From Styela clava (lineage: Eukaryota): a stretch of DNA of 64,000 nucleotides. Location: positions 6,634,001-6,698,000 of the forward strand of contig NC_135263.1 of the NCBI RefSeq assembly GCF_964204865.1, written 5' to 3'. Under the pieces are notes generated by a model. It worked only from the letters and a program-made list of their open reading frames with translations. It was not told where the DNA came from and searched no databases. Below, one piece after another: positions 12,544 through 22,400 of this stretch; positions within the stretch are counted from its first letter, which is position 1, and each line of letters starts with the position of its first letter. A program made the position numbers and the translations under genes.

Positions 12544-15500
12544 TCAGAAAGACATTTTGTTCTCTATCTGATGGAACATTTGAAGTCTATTTCTAAAATT
12601 TTCTTGCTGTTCGCTGGTATGAAGGCCTTCAAGAGGAGGAGGTGGGGGTGGCGGTGGAAGTGAAGAAACCTCATCCGTCGTTTCTTGCTTGGAAAACTGA
12701 CTTTCATCCTCGCTTTCAGAGGGTTCCGATTCATCATCGACAGTAGTAATATCCCAGGCGTAGATATCTCGCGTTATATCTCCCAGATCAGTGTTTATTG
12801 AAGGAACTGGCGATGCAGAAGATTCGGTTTGAATATCTTCATCATCCAACTCGCTGTCTTCATTGGGGTCGTAATCAGTTGGTTTTAATGGATTACCCCA
12901 ACTTTCTTCGCTTTCAGAAAGTCGTGGCGCGTCAGGAATGGCGACTCTCAGATTAGGCACATACATTTCTGAGTCCACTTCGCTGTATTTACGATAATTT
13001 GAATCTTCCTGATCTTTTATGTTTCTAACGTAGAGTCCAGAGGTGCTGGGAGATGCGTCGGTGACGTGTACCGTTGTTTCATGTAAATGGAGAATTTCCG
13101 GTTTTTCTCTCATATTCTCTGGTTCAGAATTGCGCTTCCTGCCACACTTATCTATCCAACATAAAAGACTTCCAAAACACAACGTCATTCCAATTCCTAC
13201 AAAAAACGCCACTATTAAATACATAGTAACTGGAATAGGCGAAGAAACCGGTAAGCCAACAAATGTTATTTCCACCATTCCAGCTTTATCGTTAAAAATT
13301 TCCGCATACTGTGTTCCGCCTGAAAATTTTATGTAGCTTCCTCCACCACCAGAAAATCCATTTGAAGAACCCCCTCCACCACCAGTATACCCACCTCCTC
13401 CACCTGATGCAGTAATATAGCCTGATCCACCACCACCGAAACCTCCTTCAGAATATCTCCCATCTGCTATATCGTATCTGCCACCAGCAAGAGATTGATA
13501 TAATTGCCTTTCTGTGTCGTTGACGCTTTTAGCATTACCAAATGGTAAAAATCCTACAGCAGGAAGAGCAGTGTCTCCAAAATTAACAAGGCTTCTTGAA
13601 ATACCATGAAAACCTGCTCCACCGGCCGTGTTTGATGCGCCCGGTAGTCCAGGTCCCACTGTTTGTTGTTTACCACCACTACCAAATCCTTGTCCAGTGG
13701 CTGAAGCGTCTCCGGCAGTGTGGTTCAGTCTACCATCTGATAATGAAGATGGCGATGCTCCCCGAAAAGCGCTTCCGGCGCCACCAGCAATAACTATAGG
13801 CTCGTTTGTACCATCACCTGCTACAACAAAACTTCCTCCGGCCCCTCCTTGGGTCATGTCACCAAAGTATTCTCCCTGTTGTCCAACGGCAATCATAAGT
13901 TTTGCACCCTCAAGGAGGTGGAAAAGCCCCGAGACCGTAGCGCCCTTTCCTCCCGGCCCCTCATACCCTGCACCTGTTGCTGTAATACGATAGAGACCTT
14001 GAATTGGAGCCATCCAGTGTTGGATACCGAATTCTACTGTTGTAAGTTTATCCAAGGAAGTTTTTCTGTATGCATTATTGCAATATACTTGAGTAGGTCC
14101 AATTCTCCCTTGTCGTAGACAGTTCGAAAATCTCCATACAAGCCGAGGAAATAATTGATGTGAGTCGTACGGAGACCAGGTATCATATAATTTTGAATTA
14201 CTTACATTTACTACACTTTGCATCCATGAATTCCCTTCGCCCACTACAGTAGTCAACACAATACGGTAGGTTGACCCAAGGCTGAGTTTCAATACTTTTT
14301 CAGTTTCTTGTTTGTGGATTTTGTAGGAGAGAAATTCTGGCTGAAATTCTATCGCACTGTTAGATTTATATATGCGAGTTAAATTAAGTAAATAGTAGTC
14401 CATGTTCGCAACTGACACATTCACTGCAGCCCATTGTATTTTGACCTGAGAAAGAGTTACTTGAACCAAGTCTGTAAGAATAGGATTTTGTGGTTGAGTA
14501 TAGAGAACAAGCGGGATTGATGATACACTGCGAGCTTTTCGATCGTTTTCCCTATTGTCTCCAACTTCGCAGTATATTTGTATTTTATAAAGCGTCCCTG
14601 CAGCAAGGTTGTCTAAGGAATGTGTCATCTGTTGAGCACCATCACGATTCCACACCGAAATGCGATTCACATTAAGCGAGTCCGAGACAGGGTGGTAGAC
14701 GACTTCATACCTCCAGAAGGTTGGCGTTTCCAATGTATCTGGCTTTTCCCAATTGAGTAAAATTTTTCCTTGTTTCCCGTATCCGCTGAAACTCTTTGGT
14801 GGCATCGGCACTGTTCTAGTCAGCATACTGGTTGAAGACGTCGTTCTTACAGGTTCTAGCGTAGAAACTGTGACGTGGATTCGGTAAAGCTGTCCGGGTT
14901 CGAGACCAATGATTTGTATACTCGTAGCTTCTTGAAGATTGTAGGAAATTGGTGACGAACGTCTTTCTGATCTAATTAGCTCGTATTCAATGATAACTAC
15001 GTTAGAAGCATTCATATTTAGAAATTCGAAGTTTAGAAAAACTTGTGTCGTTGTGATATTATCTATGAATATTTCGTTCGGTAAGGATGGAGCTGTGCGT
15101 GCATACAAATCAGTTGCTTCGCTTACTTTTCCAAACGGAACGCTATTTCGAATATATTTTATTGAAATAAGATATAACACACCTGGTTTTAGAGCAGTTA
15201 TGTTATATTCTTGTACTTTATTTGAAATATTTATGACTTTTTCTTTCGAATCATCTTTTCCGAACGGTGAGTATGAAAGGATGACATCAGAATCTTTGAT
15301 GTCATAACTATCTTCCCAACCGAAAAGTATGGATGTTGTGTCGTATCTAACTACATCTGCTTCACCCGGGCCAGGTACCTTAAACTCATACCGTATTTTC
15401 AAAGGCAAACTTGTCGTTGGATCTTCTCCCAAACTTTTTGTAACAACAGAAAAGCTGTATGTTGCTCCTAATTCTATTCGCACGGCCTGAGAAACATTTG

Positions 15501-16224
15501 TTGCAGATGACGAAATGAATGCACTAGCCTGTTTATGAGGAATGTCAATAGGACGAGTTCGATATTTAAAAGCTTGTGTACTTGTGAGTTTGTCTACAAT
15601 TCTGTACGTTAAAGTGAAAATATCATATTTTGGGCCATTAATGGGGGTGGGAGATCCATCCCAAACGACATACACTTCATCTGGTCGATTTTTCATAGAA
15701 ACGATTCTTAAATTTGAAATAGGAGGGGGGACGGTCCTGGCCTTGATGGTTTGCGCTACTGGTGACAAAAGATAATTTCCAAGTGAATCTTTTCCTTGAG
15801 TGCGGACGCTAATTTTGTATAAAACACCGCTTTGTAATCCAGGCACGATGATTCTAGAACCTCCGAGGTTTTTATCGACTTCAATATTTTGTTTTTCAGT
15901 GTCACTTTCATAGTCAATGCGAAAATGTGAATATCTGGCATCATTCCGGTAATTAGCGGGAGGAAGAAAACTTAAAATCAGCGTTGTGGTTGTGGCAGTT
16001 CTCCTTTGCAAATTTCTTGGAGGGGGCAATGTAATATCCGTTATTTCCCTGGGTATGAATTCTGCTGTTGTTGGCGGCGCGTTAGTTGTTGCGTTGTTTG
16101 TATTTGACACCTCTGGAATCGTTGTTAAGTTATTCACAATGCTCGTGGTCTGGGCGTCAATACCTGCCCATAGTTGGAGTACAAACAACACGATGATATG
16201 ATCTTTATAACTCTTCATTGTCAT
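12544..16224 (-). CDS. Type-I membrane protein: signal peptide, ~6 fibronectin type III repeats, ALK/LTK-like TNF-like/glycine-rich domain, TM, acidic/proline-rich tail; no kinase
   Basis: 1226 aa single ORF. Hydrophobic N-terminus (IIVLFVLQLWAGIDA). FN3 signatures (GLQSGVLYKISVRT, LKPGVLYLISI, GLEPGQLYRIHV, LAAGTLYKIQI). FSNCLRQGRIGPTQVYCNNAY...GIQHWMAPIQGLYRITATGA...VGQQG...GGAGGSFV...EGGFGGGG...GGGGGYTGG...GGGGSY is the ALK/LTK ectodomain pattern. TM segment MYLIVAFFVGIGMTLCFGSLLCWI. Confidence 0.9.
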   Translation of the reverse strand: MTMKSYKDHIIVLFVLQLWAGIDAQTTSIVNNLTTIPEVSNTNNATTNAPPTTAEFIPREITDITLPPPRNLQRRTATTTTLILSFLPPANYRNDARYSHFRIDYESDTEKQNIEVDKNLGGSRIIVPGLQSGVLYKISVRTQGKDSLGNYLLSPVAQTIKARTVPPPISNLRIVSMKNRPDEVYVVWDGSPTPINGPKYDIFTLTYRIVDKLTSTQAFKYRTRPIDIPHKQASAFISSSATNVSQAVRIELGATYSFSVVTKSLGEDPTTSLPLKIRYEFKVPGPGEADVVRYDTTSILFGWEDSYDIKDSDVILSYSPFGKDDSKEKVINISNKVQEYNITALKPGVLYLISIKYIRNSVPFGKVSEATDLYARTAPSLPNEIFIDNITTTQVFLNFEFLNMNASNVVIIEYELIRSERRSSPISYNLQEATSIQIIGLEPGQLYRIHVTVSTLEPVRTTSSTSMLTRTVPMPPKSFSGYGKQGKILLNWEKPDTLETPTFWRYEVVYHPVSDSLNVNRISVWNRDGAQQMTHSLDNLAAGTLYKIQIYCEVGDNRENDRKARSVSSIPLVLYTQPQNPILTDLVQVTLSQVKIQWAAVNVSVANMDYYLLNLTRIYKSNSAIEFQPEFLSYKIHKQETEKVLKLSLGSTYRIVLTTVVGEGNSWMQSVVNVSNSKLYDTWSPYDSHQLFPRLVWRFSNCLRQGRIGPTQVYCNNAYRKTSLDKLTTVEFGIQHWMAPIQGLYRITATGAGYEGPGGKGATVSGLFHLLEGAKLMIAVGQQGEYFGDMTQGGAGGSFVVAGDGTNEPIVIAGGAGSAFRGASPSSLSDGRLNHTAGDASATGQGFGSGGKQQTVGPGLPGASNTAGGAGFHGISRSLVNFGDTALPAVGFLPFGNAKSVNDTERQLYQSLAGGRYDIADGRYSEGGFGGGGSGYITASGGGGGYTGGGGGSSNGFSGGGGSYIKFSGGTQYAEIFNDKAGMVEITFVGLPVSSPIPVTMYLIVAFFVGIGMTLCFGSLLCWIDKCGRKRNSEPENMREKPEILHLHETTVHVTDASPSTSGLYVRNIKDQEDSNYRKYSEVDSEMYVPNLRVAIPDAPRLSESEESWGNPLKPTDYDPNEDSELDDEDIQTESSASPVPSINTDLGDITRDIYAWDITTVDDESEPSESEDESQFSKQETTDEVSSLPPPPPPPPLEGLHTSEQQENFRNRLQMFHQIENKMSF

Positions 16225-16619
16225 CTCATTATAAAACGTTATTTGTCAAGATTATATTCGTATTAATTTTCTATAAAAAAAATATAAAAAAGAATTTATA
16301 TGAAAATAAATAATGAATTTATGTAATGAACGGGTCCACGATATTAATAATATGAAAATAGTTTAAAAAAAATCGAATATTCTTAATTAAATAATTTTGG
16401 TATAGCTATATATCATATAGGACATATATGATCATTCTTTTCAATCATTCTTCAATTCATCTTCTTTCAATCATTCTTTGTAATGATTTGTTTTTGTAAT
16501 GATTTTGTTCAATGTCTTTATATATATGCTGCCTAAAGTCTTCCACCATTTACACATAAAGTTATTGTGTATCCTTCAACTTTAAAAACCCGATTCCACG
16601 CAATTGATGTATTCACTTA

Positions 16620-16782
16620 CAGGTTGGTAATTGGTAACAGACTCCGATGACCGCATGGTCGTATCGTTGCCACCCAGTCTATACCGAGAACTGTTTCGCT
16701 TTTTATTAATTATGTTTTTGTTGTGTATATGTTTTCTGGTTGACAAAACAAATGAACTCTTTCTCTAAACTCTCTCTCTCTT
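16620..16782 (+). repeat. Retroelement (LINE/SINE) 3' end with (CT)n tail
   Basis: gactccgatgacc...ggtcgtatcg...cccagtctataccga...ggttgacaaaacaa...ctctctctctc; a reverse-complement copy lies at 59190-59335. Confidence 0.65.
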
Positions 16783-18214
16783 TTAAAAAATAACGGCATT
16801 ATCAGGGTAGAAACGGTTTAATTATTTCAAATTAGCATATTTTGCCAAGTCAAGGGATAGAGATTTTCAAATTTAGAAAAATCGTTCATTCGGCTGTTTT
16901 TAATTTACAACTTCTTAAACGGAAAATACTTGCGACAAGAAACATTAACCCGATTTACAAATAAATAAATGTTAGTTTAAAAATAAAATTTGAAACAATG
17001 AATTATTTTCCGATTCGAGGTCCCTTGAAGCTTGAGGTACCTACCTTGCCATTTGGCGAATCTAGCACTGACCCGGTGTCATAGGACTAGCGTGTTCATA
17101 TGCGTTCACATATGATTTTTCAATGGACACACATAAATAATATGCAACTTGATAATACAGTTTGTATTGTCCTTTCACTAATCTATACATATATACCGGA
17201 ATAATGTTTTGTAACATTTAAATTAAAAACCTTGGTAGTGTAGATTATTTTTCTCAACTATCAGTCCATTCACGAATACTGACGTTTGTATTTCGCTTAC
17301 CTTTGAATATCTTTAAAATTTAGCTATATTTTTGTGCCAACCCTTTTTTGGTGGTCTAGGCACTTCCTGGTTATTTTGCCAAACTATTAGTCTCAAATAC
17401 CGTAGCTTGCAATCTTCATGTATTTTTGCGCTGGGTGGAATACGAACTTTTACCTGACTGTAGACATATCGGAAAAACATTCAATCCAATTTCGTCACTT
17501 CATGGTATTTCATAACTTTTCTCGTTTCTAATTTTGATCCTCAAATAATGTTAAATTTATTCTGGTGGAAATTATTCTTTACCAACTATAGTACTCATAA
17601 ACACTGGTTCTTTTTAAATTAAAGATTTGACACAAACGATACCAGCTTTTCCGCGGAACTCGACAATTCTCAACGATTAATTTGCTCACACAAATACGAA
17701 AATGTTCAAGCAAACCTTCAAAAATAGTTCTATCGCCTCGAGCGATGTAGACTCATTACGGAATGATTTTGAAGTAAATGAAAGGTAGAGTTTAACATAA
17801 TTATTGCTTGGAAATAATTAACAAATGAAGACTAGCGAAAAACAATAGTTCAAATGATGTCATTTATACTGATAAGCTAACTAGGCACTCAACTTGTGTA
17901 GTCAAAACGCCTTCTCTACTTTTGTTATTTTTAAACATAGGCGTGTCGTAATATAAATTAAACTAGCAGCATTGAAACGGAAAACGTCAACGTGATCAGA
18001 AAGTCGATATAATGGCTCAGCTGCACGGCAAATGATGTTACCAGTTCGTACAGATCGGTTCAAAAGATATTGCCAATCTTTTACACACTTCGACCCATGG
18101 CCTACATCCAGAGGTGCGGCAGCGAGCGTATTTCTAACTAACGCTTAGCACGATTCGAATTAGAACGTCGTGAACAATGTCATTCAGAACATATGTTACC
18201 CATTGAGATGATGT

Positions 18215-18665
18215 TACCCCAGGAATAGTTTTTTTCATACCAAAAATCAAAACTTTCTTCCCTGAACTATGGAATGGAATGGAATTTCGAGGGTCAATTG
18301 TCGGGTGTGGTGATCTCACGTTTCTGCGTTTTTAATAAAGGATAACATTTTTATATTTATGGAGAAGAAATTTTATAAGACGGCGTATTCATATGGCGAA
18401 CCACGACCACTCGTCCGGGATATATATGTAAATCATACCCAAGGATAATTCTTTTACGCTAAAAATCAAAACTTTCTTCATTGAACCAGAGCCATTATAT
18501 AACGGTTATATAATGGCTCTGATTGAACTATGGAATGTAATTTTGAGGGTCAAAGGTCGGGCAAACATCCCTATACTGCCCTATATTGACCAGTTTGTGG
18601 TGATCTCGCGTTTCTGCTATTTTAATAAAAGATAAAATTTTCTATAAGAAATTCTATAAGACGAG
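18215..18665. repeat. Local direct duplication of a ~150 bp unit
   Basis: aaaaatcaaaactttcttc...gaactatggaatg...gagggtcaa...tgtggtgatctc.cgtttctgc...tttaataaa.gataa...tataagacg occurs at ~18242-18383 and ~18461-18663. Confidence 0.75.
18487..18521. mobile_element. 35-bp perfect palindrome in 7-bp direct repeats (putative P-type excision footprint)
   Basis: CAGAGCCATTATATAAC-G-GTTATATAATGGCTCTG flanked by ATTGAAC (18480-86, 18522-28). Absent from the sister copy of the duplication near 18260. Confidence 0.75.
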
Positions 18666-18794
18666 TGTTCGGACAGTGCAAATATGATATCGCTATCCGT
18701 TACAAACATTTGGGTTCACGCAGGCTCGAATGTGGAGATATGTTTATCAACAATCACAGATAATGCAACAGGCTCGATCAGGATAGGATAGGAT

Positions 18795-19295
18795 GACTCG
18801 GCGGTGTGGCGCATCGTGCTAAGCGTTAGGAATACGCTCGCCACCGCATCTCTGATTACTTGGTGCAGGTAGTACTGGTACCGGTACCGGTTGTGTAGGA
18901 CCGTCTCACGGAATTTTATGAGATCAGCGAACCGGTTAGCATTACATGACTTTTTGTAACAGAACCGCCTGAAAATATGACATTTGTATGATAGAACCGG
19001 CTGACACAAAATTTAAATCCCACCACTGCCTTGGGGGGGGGGGGGGTTCGCAGGTTCGAATCCCATGAAAGATGTGCGAGAGGATTGCTGGACTCGTCGC
19101 CGCCGTAGGGTGGTTCACGTAACTGCTGGTCGGTTACGGGTTCCACCACCATCATGTCCATGCTTCTGAAAACAAAATAACTGGCTAACTAATCCCATAG
19201 GTACCCGACCTGGACGTGAGGCCGTGGTTCGCCATATGATTAAGTCGTCTTATCGGCTTTCCTCTCCCCCGGGATAAATATGTAAATCCTATCCT
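18795..19295 (+). mobile_element. tRNA-derived SINE, interrupted by a ~170 bp insertion
   Basis: A-box-like TGGCGCATCGTG, B-box GGTTCGAATCC (19053-63), body shared with the 24045 copy, and tail gtaaatcctatcct. The insert (~18870-19045) ends in a hAT-like terminus AATCCCACCACTG. Confidence 0.8.
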
Positions 19296-19449
19296 AAATG
19301 AGGTATTTATTACTATAAAACCAATATATCCACATGCTGGTTGGTTATTTATCTCGTTACTTGAGCTATTGTTATTTGTATTTAAGAATGTGAGTAAATA
19401 AATACCATATAGACTATATATTTGAAGAATTAGCACTGCAAATTAAAAA

Positions 19450-22400
19450 ATGGAGACTACTAATGCTCCTGTTGCTGTAATGGAAAATCCCACAACTTCA
19501 AATATTCCGACATTTTTATTGAAACTTGTTAATATGTTGAAAGATGAATCAAATCACGAATATGTGGACTGGAATGAGGTAGTCTAGATTTGTGTGATTA
19601 TATATTTAATAATGTGGAATTAGAAATGTTTACATTGTAACATTTGTATAATTGCACTAAATAATTTCAGAATTTGGTAATTCAATCGTTTAATAAACTT
19701 ATCTCATATTTTTATAAATTAGTATATTTTTGCTATTAGGGGTGAAATGTATTACATAATCACAGCATTAAATCAGTTTGTTATCCTCTGTAAGCTTTAT
19801 GAATATTTACTGATTGCCTACAAAGTTATTTCATTGTATTTTCACTAAGCCTTACATCCCACATCATCACATATTTTCCCATTGTGACTCATGATTGGAG
19901 TGACTCGTTTTGACTTGAGACTCAAGTGTTAAAATTAGCTCATACTCTGGGGTTAATGACTCAATCATGTGTCTCTTGAGATCAAGACTCTTGGCCTGCA
20001 ACTTGGTACTTGTGGACTGGCTGAATAGCACCCAGTGTTGCCATTGAAAGTCTTGTTTCTGAAATTTCAATTTCTGACTGAATAGATTAATCTATTTTTT
20101 TTTTCAGGCAGGAACATCTTTCATTGTGAAAGATCAAGTACAGTTTTCAAAAATTGTTCTACCTAAGTATTTCAAACATAATAAGTTTGCAAGTTTCGTC
20201 AGACAATTGAATATGTGTGAGTATATTTCAAGTTTTCATGGTAATAATGAAAATCAAAATTTGTACAGAATTTTGGAATAATTATTGTTGACTAAGCATG
20301 ACTAACAGTTTGTTAAAGAAGTCTTGCATACGCAAAACTTTTTACTGTCTGAATTTAATGTTCTGGGAGAGTTCGGAGGTAGAGTTTGAGACAAAATTTG
20401 CATTAGCTTGGCGTGGGAGAATGTTTTTCAAGTCACAGTCATGATTTTTTCAACACAGTAATTGTAAATTTTCTTCAGCCCCTGTCATTATTGGCAATTT
20501 TTGTTTTTTCCAGTATACACTTTATGGAAATGTTAGTAGAATATGAGATCTATAAAAAAATATTGGAGTAAGTAATCAATTTTAATAATCTGTCAGATGG
20601 ATTTCGCAAGATCACATCATTAACACAGAGTGGTTTGAATAATGAAAAGGAGGAGATTGAGTTTTACCATTATTTGTTCATTCGTGGTGAAGAAGTATTT
20701 CTGGAGCATATCAAGAGAAAGGTATTTATCTGTTCAATTATTTGAATTATACAATAATTTATTGTTTATATCACTATAATCTACGTTATTAATTGAGGTT
20801 TTGCGAGATTAGCTATTTCAACCTTACAATGTCTTTTCAGCGATGTCAATATGTTATCAGGTAATTACTGTGATGCGATATATTACCAGGGGCATTATCA
20901 ACCATGTTTGTAGTGACACATTATTTTTATTTTACATATTTCTACAATCTACATTAATGGAAATGTAAACACTTTCAAAACCAGTTTTATAATATAAGAA
21001 CTCATGAATGCATGCATGAATATTCACAATGAACAATTTTTGTGCTCTTGGACTAAATCTTGTTAACATGATTACATTACATTTGAGGCATGGCCTCTTT
21101 TATTAGGCTGCTGATTTGAATATGCAAGAACTTAATTCTATTCAAATTAGATGAAGACGAAGTTGTAGAATACCAATCTATTCATATATGTTCTTCCCTA
21201 TTTTGGCAATACTTTGAATTTGAGCCTGTAGTTATCTTGTTTTTGTGTCCAGGTACCAAAACCAGAAGAATCAAATCGCCGTAACAATGAAGATGTTACC
21301 AAAGTACTCGATGATGTTAAACAAATGAAAGGCTACCAAGAAAACATAACTTCGCAGCTATCAGAATTGAAGCAGTATGTATATATATTCTAAGACAGTA
21401 CTTCTCTAACTTATATATTCTAGGTTAGTTCGTCTCCAACTTATATGATCTGTGGCCCTCCTCTGAAGACTTTCATCACTTTGTGGCCCCCTACCTAGTT
21501 TTGTTTGGCCCCCTACCTAGTTTTTTTTTCAACACTAGGACTGTCCTTCTCTAACTTATATGATCTGTGGCCCTATTCCGAAGACTTTCATCCATTTGTG
21601 GCACCCTGCTCTTCAATAAAAAACCTAGTTTTGTTTTTAACAGACTTCCATCAGTTATTATATTCGCAATGTTTAATAATAAAAAGCCACCCAATAACTT
21701 TAACACCTTTTAATGATTTTCCAAAAATAATTTTTTAATTTATTAATGGGAACAAATTAATTCGTTTAATTTTTTTTCAGAGAGAATGAAGATTTGTGGC
21801 GAGAGGTTGTTAATCTACGTCATAAGCATTCACATCAACAGAAAGTTGTCAATAAGGTGATTAAAGTATTCAATAACGATAAATTTAGGATTTTCAAATT
21901 TTGTTAGATAATGAAGGAAAATAAAAACCCGAATATTTTTAGGTTTTTCACCTAATATTTTGAATTGTATTAGAAGATGCATTTAAATCTGTAAAGAACC
22001 AAGTTCACATTTATTCAAATTTACATATGAAGAATTGATAGGTCATTTTAAATGATCCTGGATCAGTTTAAAATCTAGAAAATTTAGTTTTAATTCCTAT
22101 GTTAGGGTTAGGAACAAAATATTGCTTCACTATGCAATTCAAGAGTCCTGCTGCACACTAACACAAATGTATTTCTCTACAGTTCTCATACAAGCAGTTT
22201 ACAACAATGCATTACAGAAATATATTTGTGTTAGTGTGGCATGACTCTTGAATTGCATAGTATGGCCATGTTTATTCCCGATACATCCTTGCATTATACA
22301 CATACGGATCCACTAGCAAAAGGGCATGGGAGTTAGTCTCCTTTAAATTTTACTGACAGTTACTATTTTGCTTATTTGCTTTTTTTAATTGATCTCACTG

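Noticed and set aside
13043-16201. Plus-strand ORFs overlapping the receptor gene, and similar antisense ORFs inside WDR19, CFAP46 and the LINE
   Set aside because: Short shadow frames of real CDSs with no independent motifs.
18795-19065. tRNA gene (A box + GGTTCGAATCC)
   Set aside because: No convincing cloverleaf; it continues into a repeated body and tail found in several diverged copies, so it is a SINE.
21400-21625. Tandem duplication in HSF intron 4
   Set aside because: Real but ordinary: duplicated hAT-end-like fragments without a defined TIR/TSD pair.
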